Below are positions 49,085 to 57,240 of a DNA stretch of 64,000 nt, piece after piece. Below the pieces are notes generated by a model. The model did not search any database. It had not been told where the DNA came from and saw only the letters and a list, made by a program, of their open reading frames with translations. The translations under genes and the position numbers were made by a program. How positions within the stretch are numbered: position 1 is the stretch's first letter; each line of letters opens with the position of its first letter. This stretch comes from an uncultured archaeon (GTDB lineage Archaea > Thermoproteota > Bathyarchaeia > 40CM-2-53-6 > CALIRQ01), in assembly GCA_938042195.1 (NCBI GenBank), contig CALIRQ010000007.1, forward strand, positions 180 to 64,179. The letters are read 5' to 3'.

Positions 49085-49123
49085 CCCCCCTATAGGGGGG
49101 TTACGGCGTTATAATAACGCCGT
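49085..49123. repeat. tandem perfect palindromes: CCCCCCTATAGGGGGG (49085-49100) and ACGGCGTT-ATAAT-AACGCCGT (49103-49123)
   Basis: Read directly from the sequence; preceded by an AT-rich block with a 14-bp palindrome TTGAATATATTCAA (49043-49056) and 11-bp direct repeats TTGATTTATTT (48953-48963, 49033-49043). Confidence 0.6.
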
Positions 49124-49705
49124 TTGGGATGCGGCGGCCCCCCTCATTCGCTGCATCCCCGCCCGACCCCTAGGCGGGATGGTCCGCGGCCGCGGCTGGG
49201 TCCAGATCCCCTGGGATAAATGGGCGAGCCTCGGGGATGCGATTCGGTCGTTTTGATCCCTCCCTGCCGGACCAACTCGAGGCCCGCGTATGGCCCGGGA
49301 GGCTCGTGAGGAAGGTGGCTTTAGGCCAGAAGGCATTCGGAATCTGCCGATCCTTGGATAGGAGGTGGATCGGCCTTTGGAGGAAGTTAGAGACTCTTCG
49401 ATAAAAGCCATCTTGGGGGGAGTTTGGAAGGGGTCGAAACAAAGGGGGGATGGATGGGGGATAAAGCGTTGTTGAGTATAAAATAAAGGCGCAACAGAAT
49501 CATCTCGATAATGCGGGCTTCGGCCTCCTTTCAAACCTCCATGAGGCTCATGAGGGGGCTAGGGGGCCATCACGCGGGTGCTCGATGGAAAGAATCGTCG
49601 ACTTCTGGGGATATTCCGATCTATCTTGTGCATATATATAAGCTCGGTAGAATGGAGCGGTGTTGGTCGACGGCCGAAAAACCTGCCCATTAAGGGATTT
49701 TTGAG

Positions 49706-49803
49706 GGCCGCCGCCGGGATTTGAACCCGGCCTCCAGGCTCCATTGGCCGGGAGGGCGATCCCCCTCAGGCCTGTACGCTAACCAAGCTACGTTACGGCG
49801 GCC
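49706..49803 (-). tRNA. tRNA-His(GUG) with 23-nt intron at non-canonical position 34/35
   Basis: Encoded G-1 pairing with C73, acceptor GCCGCCG/CGGCGGC, T-arm CCGGG-UUCAAAU-CCCGG, anticodon loop CUG|UGGA. The intron AGGGGGAUCGCCCUCCCGGCCAA folds as HBh': central helix GGCC(29-32):GGCC(i18-21), 3-nt bulges UG|A and AA|U, h' GGGGG:CUCCC. CCA is not encoded. Confidence 0.8.
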
Positions 49804-49828
49804 ACGCATCCATCCCGGGCCTAGACAA

Positions 49829-49835
49829 TTTAAAA
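49829..49835 (-). promoter_or_regulatory. TATA box for tRNA-His
   Basis: TTTTAAA on the minus strand, 26-32 nt upstream of the tRNA 5' end (G-1 at 49803), the canonical archaeal TATA position. Confidence 0.4.
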
Positions 49836-49957
49836 CGTTTTCCCGGGAACGATAGGCGGAGGGATATTTTTAGAGAAACCATCGATTTAAAAAACTTCAG
49901 CAAAATTATTTAAGGATATCCACATATCCATAAATACGCAAATTCGGTGGTCAAGAA

Positions 49958-50404
49958 TTGCCCATATTAAGAGCCGATGTGTATTTGATGGCCAAGCTAA
50001 AGGCCTTCGAGCTTGATTCGACGAGCAAGAAGCTCTTCGGGATCCTCAAGGAGCTCCCGGATATAGGGGATTTGAAGATTAGCAAGGCCGTCAAGGAGGT
50101 CGAGGAGGGGGGGAGGATCAGGATAAGGGAGTGGTACAATATGAGCGGCCGGATAAATGTGCCCGAGGGGTCTAGGGCCTTCTGGGTCTTTGTTAAGAGG
50201 TCCGATGAGAATGAGCCATGGAACGTTATGATGCGCCTCGATCGGAACGTGACCGCGGAGACCCATGAGGAGGCGATGGCTAAGGCCAAGGAATGGGCCG
50301 AGGGGACGATCGTGGAAGCCCTGAGGAGGAACTTCGACCTCGAAACCGTGACCGTTGCACCCCCGGAGGAGCTGTCGGCCGTGAAGGCGAAGGTGACGCA
50401 TTGA
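49958..50404 (+). CDS. hypothetical protein upstream of tfrA (possibly co-transcribed)
   Basis: 148 aa from TTG 49958 (or 138 aa from ATG 49988); ends 1 nt before tfrA; ATAAATA TATA-like element at 49930-49936. Confidence 0.4.
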   Translation: MPILRADVYLMAKLKAFELDSTSKKLFGILKELPDIGDLKISKAVKEVEEGGRIRIREWYNMSGRINVPEGSRAFWVFVKRSDENEPWNVMMRLDRNVTAETHEEAMAKAKEWAEGTIVEALRRNFDLETVTVAPPEELSAVKAKVTH

Positions 50405-50405
50405 A

Positions 50406-52115
50406 ATGAAGTATGAGGTAATAGACACGGATGTATTGGTAGTTGGGGCCGGCGGCGCAGGTTGCAGGGCCGCAATAGAGGCATCGAATCACAACGTCCA
50501 AGTCATGGTCATAACTAAGGACATACTCGGCAAGGCCCATACGGTCATGGCGGAAGGGGGCATCAATGCGGCCCTGGGGAACTCGGACCCCAGGGACAGC
50601 TGGGAGAGCCATGGCTACGATACGGTTTCCGGGGGAGCTTGGCTTAACGATCAAGAGCTGGTAGAGATCTTAGTGAAGCACGCGCCCGAGAGGGTCTTGG
50701 AGCTCGAGGAGTTCGGCGCGCTGTTCTCGAGGACACCGGATGGGAAGATCGCGCAGAGGCCATTCGGGAAGCAGAGCTTCCCGAGGGCATGCTATGCGGC
50801 CGATAGATCCGGGCACGAGATAATGGTCACCCTTGTCGACGAGATGAGGCGAAGGGATATCGAGGTCCACGACGAGGTCTACGCCACGTCCCTCCTCACA
50901 GATGGATCCGCCATCGCGGGCGTCACGGCCCTCGACATTAGGAGGGGGAATTTCAGGGTCTATAGGGCCAAGGCCACCATCATGGCGGCCGGCGGGGCCG
51001 GGAGGATCTATGAGATAACGACCAACGCCCAGGCCGATGTGGGCAGCGGATATGCAATGGCCTATAAGGCCGGGGCCGAGCTCGTTGATATGGAGCAATA
51101 TCAATTCCACCCAACCGGCGTCGCCTTTCCGGAGTCCGCTAGGGGCATGTTGGTCACGGAGGGGGTCAGGGGCGAAGGGGGCATATTGCTCAACAAATTC
51201 GGGGAGAGGTTCATGAAGCGATACCACCCCGATATGATGGAGCTGGCCGGAAGGGATCAGGTTTCGAGGGCGATCGCCACCGAGATCCTTGAGGGGAGGG
51301 GCACCGAGCACGGGGCCGTGTACTTGGATGTATCCTTCCTGCCCTCATCCTTGATCGAGGAGGTATTGCCAACAATGCTTCACGACTTCTTGGACTTCGG
51401 CGTTGACATAAGGAACGAGCCCATGGAGGTAACCCCAACGGCCCATCACTACATGGGCGGAATCAAGATAAATGCGAAATGCGAAACGAACCTGAAGGGC
51501 CTATACGCCGCGGGCGAGGTGGCCGGGGGGGTCCACGGCGGCAATAGGCTCGGAGGTAACGCGCTAGCGGACAACTTGGTCTTCGGGGCGATTGCGGGCG
51601 AATCAGCGGCCGCCCATGCGCTGAGCAACGGCATGCCGAGGCTCGATAGGAAGCAGATCGAGGCGGAGTACGAGCGCGTCTTCGCGCCCCTGGAGAGGAG
51701 GGATGGGGTGCGCCAATCCCAACTCAAGAGGAGGCTCGCGAAGCTCATGTGGGACAAGGTCGGGATATTCCGTAACGGACAGGACATGAGGAGTGCCCTC
51801 GACGAGATAGTCCTCATGCGCACCAAGGATGAGCCGAGGATCTTCACGGAAAACAAGTCCACCAGGTATAACATGGAGCTCGTTGGGGCCTTGGAAATAT
51901 CCGACATGTTGCTGGTTTCGGAGATCCTTACGCGAGCGGCCCTTATGCGAGAGGAATCTAGGGGAGCCCATTATAGGACGGATTTCCCGAAGCCCAACCA
52001 CGAGAAGTGGTTCGTGAACATATACGTCAAGAGAGATGGAGGTGAGATGAAGCTCTATACGAAGCCCGTGGTGATAACGAGGTGGAAGCCGCCTTGGATG
52101 GAGAAGTCCTCTTAG
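50406..52115 (+). CDS. fumarate reductase/succinate dehydrogenase flavoprotein subunit (TfrA/SdhA-like)
   Basis: VVGAGGAGCRAA FAD motif, HPTGV, RGEGG active-site motifs; 569 aa. Confidence 0.85.
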   Translation: MKYEVIDTDVLVVGAGGAGCRAAIEASNHNVQVMVITKDILGKAHTVMAEGGINAALGNSDPRDSWESHGYDTVSGGAWLNDQELVEILVKHAPERVLELEEFGALFSRTPDGKIAQRPFGKQSFPRACYAADRSGHEIMVTLVDEMRRRDIEVHDEVYATSLLTDGSAIAGVTALDIRRGNFRVYRAKATIMAAGGAGRIYEITTNAQADVGSGYAMAYKAGAELVDMEQYQFHPTGVAFPESARGMLVTEGVRGEGGILLNKFGERFMKRYHPDMMELAGRDQVSRAIATEILEGRGTEHGAVYLDVSFLPSSLIEEVLPTMLHDFLDFGVDIRNEPMEVTPTAHHYMGGIKINAKCETNLKGLYAAGEVAGGVHGGNRLGGNALADNLVFGAIAGESAAAHALSNGMPRLDRKQIEAEYERVFAPLERRDGVRQSQLKRRLAKLMWDKVGIFRNGQDMRSALDEIVLMRTKDEPRIFTENKSTRYNMELVGALEISDMLLVSEILTRAALMREESRGAHYRTDFPKPNHEKWFVNIYVKRDGGEMKLYTKPVVITRWKPPWMEKSS

Positions 52116-52124
52116 TGGAGGTGA

Positions 52125-53687
52125 ATGGGGATGGCAAGTGAGAAGGTCATCATCAACGTTTCTAGGTACGATCCAGAGACGGATGACGCTCCACGCTTGG
52201 ATAGGCACGAGATCCCATTCAAGAAGGGGATGACGATCCTAGATGCGCTTCGCTACATAAGCGACAACATAGACCCTAGCTTGGCATATAGGTGGAACTG
52301 CCGGACCGGGCAATGCGGGTCCTGCGCCATTACTATAAACGACAAGCCTGGGCTGGCATGCAGGACTAGGATCGCGCCGGGGCAGACGTATACGTTGAGG
52401 CCTTTGGAGCGCATGCCTGTGGTAAGGGACTTGGTCGTCGACCTGAGCAAGGGGATTAAGCGCTTGGAGAAGATAAGGCCCTACCTGGAGCGGAGGGCGC
52501 CGCCCAAGAGGCCCGAGATACTCCTGCGCGAGGAGGTCGCAGACGCGGCCGAGCTGAGGTCCTGCATCGAATGCTTCTCCTGCCTCAACGCTTGCCCGGC
52601 CGCCGGTGAGGCTTGGCAGGAGTTCGCGGGCCCGGCGGTAATGGGCAGGATAGCCAGGTTCGAGCTGGATCCGAGGGATGCCGACGATAGGGTCCGATTG
52701 GCCTTCTCAAACGGCCTATACGACTGCACCAGTTGCGGCGTTTGCAAGGAGGTCTGCATGCCCCATCACTTGGACATACGCAGGAAGGCTATAGAGAGGC
52801 TCAGGGCCCACGCCGTCGACGAGGGGCTCGGCCCCCTCGAGGGCCATAAGTCGTTCATAGAGAACGCCTCGAAGACGGGCTACGCCATAGAGGTGATATC
52901 GACCCCGCTGGTCGAGATGGTGCCCGATGTGATAGAACCGGAGAAGGCCATTGACGAGGTGACCTTCTTCCCCGGCTGCCTGATAAACCTCAGGCTCCAA
53001 AACACTGGCCTAAACGTCATAGAGGTCCTCAAGAGGAACGGGGTTAGGGTCCGCATACCGAAGGAGTTCGTCTGCTGCGGTAGCGTCATGTTCAGATCCG
53101 GTGCCAGGAAGACGGCATATGAGCTAATTAAGAAGAACGTCGATTATTTCAGGAGGCTTGGAGTCAAGAAGCTCGTCGCCCTATGCCCGGGTTGCATGTC
53201 GACCATAAAGCAGGATTGGCCGATAGTGCTCCATCAGCTGGGCGAGAAGCCATATGAATTCGAGGCCTACGACATAAATGAGTATTTGGTCAACGTCTTG
53301 GGCGTGAATAGGATGAACACTAAAGACCTGCGCCCACTGGATATGAAGGTGACCTATCACGCCCCATGCCACTTGAATAGGCATCAAGAGATAAGCTGGC
53401 AGCCCATAGCGTTGCTGAAATTGGTGCCGAGCCTGAAGTACATAAAGACCGATGGAGAGGACCTTTGCTGCGGGGCCGGCGGCGGCGTCAGGGCCGGGAG
53501 GAGGGAGCTATCCTATAAGATAGCCGACCAAAAGGCCAAGCGCATGGCGAAGACCGGGGCCGATGCCTTCGTGACATCCTGCTCCTTCTGCACGATACAG
53601 CTCATGGACGCCGTGAAGAGGCTTAATCTGCCGCAGAAGGTTTATAACGTGGCCGACATCTTGGCGATGTCGTATAAGAAGGCCTAA
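52125..53687 (+). CDS. fumarate reductase iron-sulfur subunit fused to two CCG domains (TfrB-like; SdhB + HdrD/SdhE-like)
   Basis: N-terminal 2Fe-2S CRTGQCGSCA and CIECFSCLNACP/CTSCGVCKEVC clusters, then two CCG domains (FFPGC...CCGS; YHAPC...CCGAGGG); 520 aa. Confidence 0.8.
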   Translation: MGMASEKVIINVSRYDPETDDAPRLDRHEIPFKKGMTILDALRYISDNIDPSLAYRWNCRTGQCGSCAITINDKPGLACRTRIAPGQTYTLRPLERMPVVRDLVVDLSKGIKRLEKIRPYLERRAPPKRPEILLREEVADAAELRSCIECFSCLNACPAAGEAWQEFAGPAVMGRIARFELDPRDADDRVRLAFSNGLYDCTSCGVCKEVCMPHHLDIRRKAIERLRAHAVDEGLGPLEGHKSFIENASKTGYAIEVISTPLVEMVPDVIEPEKAIDEVTFFPGCLINLRLQNTGLNVIEVLKRNGVRVRIPKEFVCCGSVMFRSGARKTAYELIKKNVDYFRRLGVKKLVALCPGCMSTIKQDWPIVLHQLGEKPYEFEAYDINEYLVNVLGVNRMNTKDLRPLDMKVTYHAPCHLNRHQEISWQPIALLKLVPSLKYIKTDGEDLCCGAGGGVRAGRRELSYKIADQKAKRMAKTGADAFVTSCSFCTIQLMDAVKRLNLPQKVYNVADILAMSYKKA

Positions 53688-53809
53688 ATCAACCATCAAC
53701 CCGCGACTTTTTCTTCCCCTTTTCTCTCAGTAAGTATTCTCCCCTGACATTCGGATAAATTTAAAAATCGGTAATCCAACATGAGCCCAATCGGTCGCAT
53801 CGAAGGGTT

Positions 53810-54649
53810 TTGGCTATGGGCCCTAACGAGGTGATAACATTCGAGCTTCTCTTCATAGGGAACGAGCTATTGACCGGGAAGGTCCTGAACACGAATAGCC
53901 AATGGCTGGCCCGCCGCATAGCCTCCTTGGGCGGGATCTGCAGGAGGATGACGGTTGTGGGGGACGATCTGGAGGAGATCTCGATGGCGATAGAGGAGAT
54001 CCTGAGGCGCTCGCCCAAGTTCCTGATAACATCTGGGGGACTGGGGCCGACCTACGATGATATGACTCTTGAGGGGGTTGCGAAGGCCTTGGGCAGGCCC
54101 ATTGAGGTCAACGAGGAAGCGCTCTCTTGGGTGAACCAGAGGTATGAGGACCTCCTAAGGAGGGGGATGATAAAGAAACCCTCGGCGGCCAGCATAAGGG
54201 CGAAGATGGCGACGCTCCCCCTCGGCTCGAGGCCCCTGCGGAATCCCGGGGGCACCGCCCCCGGCGTTTTGATAGAAGCCGGCGCTACCAAGATAATCTG
54301 CTTGCCAGGCGTCCCGGAGGAGATGGAGGCCATATTCCAGGGAAGCGTGGAGGCAGAGATATCCAAGGAGCTGAGGGGGATCTCCTTCTTGGAATCCGGC
54401 TTCATCGTCAAGGGCCTCGGGGAGAGCTTCATGGCCCCCATAATAGAGGAGGCCATGAGGATGTACGCTCCATATGTCTACATAAAATCCCATCCGAAAC
54501 ACGGGATGCCCGAGCTCACGGTTGAGTTCACCATAACGTCCCGCGGGACCGATGAGGAGGTCCTGAGGCGAAAGAATGAGGAGGCATGCCGTTACTTGAG
54601 GGGAAGATTTGAGGAGCTGGGTGGAAGGGTCCTGCCATTGGGAGCATAG
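53810..54649 (+). CDS. CinA-like molybdopterin-binding (MoCF-BD) domain protein
   Basis: FELLFIGNELLTGKVLNTNSQWLARRIASLGG...ITSGGLGPTYDDMT MoCF-binding motifs; 279 aa. Confidence 0.65.
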   Translation: MAMGPNEVITFELLFIGNELLTGKVLNTNSQWLARRIASLGGICRRMTVVGDDLEEISMAIEEILRRSPKFLITSGGLGPTYDDMTLEGVAKALGRPIEVNEEALSWVNQRYEDLLRRGMIKKPSAASIRAKMATLPLGSRPLRNPGGTAPGVLIEAGATKIICLPGVPEEMEAIFQGSVEAEISKELRGISFLESGFIVKGLGESFMAPIIEEAMRMYAPYVYIKSHPKHGMPELTVEFTITSRGTDEEVLRRKNEEACRYLRGRFEELGGRVLPLGA

Positions 54650-54738
54650 GGAGCGTTAGGCCTTCGCATAGCGAAGAACGCTGCCTAGAGATGCCCGGTC
54701 TCGGACGACTGGGATTGTGGGGACTCGCCCGTGCCACC

Positions 54739-55770
54739 TCATTGAAGCGGCAATTCCACGGGCTGTCCCCTCTCGGCCGATAAATCCGCCGCTATCGTCA
54801 CCTCCATGGCCCTTCTGGCCTCGATCGGCTTGACCAGGGGCTCGATGCCCTCAGCCACGCATCTTATGAAGTGGTCCGTTTCAATCTTCAACGGCCCCTC
54901 GAAGAACTCGCCCAAGCCCAAGATCTCTCCCGGCGTGGGGGATAGCGGGAAGTAAACTCCCCTTTCCGTCTTAAGGATCAAATCCCTGCGCGTATTATCC
55001 ATCGTAAGTACGCCCTTGGTCCCTATGAACTCGTGATACATTATCGATTGATGAGGCCATCCGGGGGGTTGAGTCCAGTTCGCCCCTATGGTGCAAAGCG
55101 CTCCGTTTTTCAAACCCATCATCAGCCAGCTGGAATCCGGTGCGCCATATCTTTCCTTCATCATCCCCCATGCGTGTTGTGCATAGACCTTCTCCGGAAT
55201 CCCATCGGTGCACCAGAGCATATAGTCAATGTAATGGGTGGCCTCCATGGTTATCGGGGTCAGCTTGACCCTCCCGGCTATCTTCTTGCCCAATTCCACC
55301 GTTATATTAGTGTATGCGAATGCTGTGGTGATATCCCCCAAAGTGCCATCGCTTATGCATTTCTTGGCAAAGGCATATTTCGGGATGAACCTTTTGGTAT
55401 ATCCGATCGTCAAGTACAGGTTGTTCCTCTTGGCTGTTTCTATCAGCTCATCCGCCTCCTCCAGCCTAAGGCCCATCGGCTTTTCCAAAAGAACGTGCTT
55501 CCCGGATTTCAGCGCTTCCAAGGCTATCGGATAATGGGTCTCCTCTGGCGTCGTCGAAACGATTACAGCATCTATGTCCTCGCGCTTCAATATCTCTTTA
55601 TAATCCGCGGTCCAAAATGCGGCCCGATATTTCTGGGCTAGCTCCTTGACTCTATCCTCCGCTATGTCGGCCAGCGCTAGGGTTTCAACAGTTGAGTTCA
55701 GGGAGGCCGCGAAGGCCCTCATCCCACCGATCCATCCAACACCTATTATGCCTAGGCCGATCTTCCTCAT
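54739..55770 (-). CDS. Gfo/Idh/MocA-family NAD(P)-dependent oxidoreductase
   Basis: IGLGIIGVGWIG Rossmann N-terminus, EKPMG motif; start at internal ATG (MRKIGLG). Confidence 0.8.
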   Translation of the reverse strand: MRKIGLGIIGVGWIGGMRAFAASLNSTVETLALADIAEDRVKELAQKYRAAFWTADYKEILKREDIDAVIVSTTPEETHYPIALEALKSGKHVLLEKPMGLRLEEADELIETAKRNNLYLTIGYTKRFIPKYAFAKKCISDGTLGDITTAFAYTNITVELGKKIAGRVKLTPITMEATHYIDYMLWCTDGIPEKVYAQHAWGMMKERYGAPDSSWLMMGLKNGALCTIGANWTQPPGWPHQSIMYHEFIGTKGVLTMDNTRRDLILKTERGVYFPLSPTPGEILGLGEFFEGPLKIETDHFIRCVAEGIEPLVKPIEARRAMEVTIAADLSAERGQPVELPLQ

Positions 55771-55972
55771 ATTCCATCCAATAAAGATCATGCGATTTTA
55801 TTAATAAATCAATCTCAAATGAGAGCGAATAATCAACGATTTCATTGGGTCGAACCCTCCATTGGTTCCATGGGAACCCCGGACCTCCCCTCGAGAATGG
55901 GCATCATGAAGCCAGGGCTTAATCCGAAGGAATTCGAGTCGATCGTTGATCGCTTGATCCCTTGACCCCTTC

Positions 55973-57226
55973 TCATTGCTCGCAGAACTGGGCCATCGTG
56001 AGGGCGTACGCTTTGGCCGCATTCACCAATGACTTTACCTCAACGTACTCATCTGCGCTATGGCTCTGGGTCATTATCCCGGGACCGCATATGACGGTTG
56101 GTATACCCCTCCTCATGAGTAGGCGCGAATCGTTTGCCCCGATCATCCCCCCAAACTTGGCCTCGACCCCTTGTACCGCCTCCACTTTCTCCTTCAGCGT
56201 TTTCACAATCTCCTCATCCTTCGAGACCTCGATGGGTTCCTCCGCCAATATGGTTCTGATGGTGGCCCTCAGGTCCCTGTCCTCCCGTTTTAGATCATTT
56301 ATGAGATTGACTATTTGATCGATCGCGGCCGCGGAATCCTCTCCTGGCACAACATCCCTATCGAGCCTCATGAGGCACCTATCTGGGACCATCGAAGGGC
56401 TGGTGCCCCCCTCTATCGTACCAACGTTTATCGTAGGCATCCCACAAAGGGGATGTTCCAAGCCCCGCGGGAACCTCAAGCCTTGAATGGCCAGAACGAT
56501 CTTAGCCATCTTCTCTATGGCATTTACTCCCATGTGGGCCACTTTTGCATGGGCCGACACGCCCTCGACCACGACCTCAAGCCATATCATCCCCCTCGAT
56601 GCTGTGAAGATCTGAAGGATTCCATTCGGGAGGGCCGTGGGTTCTACGACGATCGCCGCATCGGCGTTTATCGCTCCAGCCTCCAATAAATGCCCCGTCC
56701 CCTTCAAGCTTAGTGTTTCCTCGCCGGCCACCATGGCCAAGATCACGTTCCCCTTCGGTTGCGCATCCGCTTTCATCAAGGCGTCCGCGGCGGCGAGCAT
56801 GGCCGCCACCCCGCCCTTGCAATCGGTTGATCCCCTCCCGAATATCCTCCCGTTCCTCAGCGTGGCAACGAATGGGTCCACCGTCCATTTACTGCGATTC
56901 CCAACGGGCACGGTATCTATGTGGCCGTTGAGAAGCAAAGACCTCTCGCCGCCGGCTCCATCGAGCCGGGCGACAACGCTGGCGTAGATATCCTCGACTT
57001 GGAATATGGTCGCATCGAGTCCGATCCCTTGGGCGGCCTTCGCCAGAAATCTCGCCACCTCGCGGGTATCCCCGGGGGGATTCGGGCTGGGAATCCCTAT
57101 AATCTCCCTCAGGAGCCTTACTGCCATCCCCTCATCTATGTGGCGAAGAACCCTTTCCTCGGCTTTCCTCAATCCCCTACCCGGCCCAGCTATATGAACC
57201 CAAATATATAATTCCCCCAAATTCAT
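55973..57226 (-). CDS. M20-family metallopeptidase (ArgE/DapE-like)
   Basis: LLNGHIDTVP, GRGSTDCKGG, AGEETLS metal-binding motifs; start possibly internal (MAVRLLREIIGIPSP). Confidence 0.75.
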   Translation of the reverse strand: MNLGELYIWVHIAGPGRGLRKAEERVLRHIDEGMAVRLLREIIGIPSPNPPGDTREVARFLAKAAQGIGLDATIFQVEDIYASVVARLDGAGGERSLLLNGHIDTVPVGNRSKWTVDPFVATLRNGRIFGRGSTDCKGGVAAMLAAADALMKADAQPKGNVILAMVAGEETLSLKGTGHLLEAGAINADAAIVVEPTALPNGILQIFTASRGMIWLEVVVEGVSAHAKVAHMGVNAIEKMAKIVLAIQGLRFPRGLEHPLCGMPTINVGTIEGGTSPSMVPDRCLMRLDRDVVPGEDSAAAIDQIVNLINDLKREDRDLRATIRTILAEEPIEVSKDEEIVKTLKEKVEAVQGVEAKFGGMIGANDSRLLMRRGIPTVICGPGIMTQSHSADEYVEVKSLVNAAKAYALTMAQFCEQ

Positions 57227-57240
57227 ATATCTGCGCAGAA

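Noticed and set aside
48420-49700. RNase P RNA or SRP (7S) RNA in the inter-tRNA region
   Set aside because: I looked for the CR-I GGAAAGTCC / CR-V ACAGAA..GGCTTA motifs and the SRP helix-8 GNAR/AGCAGG motif. Only a one-mismatch partial (gaaacggagctgg) was found, which is insufficient.
49109-49744. ORFs of 141, 90, 60 and 61 aa in the inter-tRNA region and across tRNA-His
   Set aside because: They are low-complexity (Pro/Arg/Gly-rich), mutually overlapping and one runs through tRNA-His. They are treated as non-coding.
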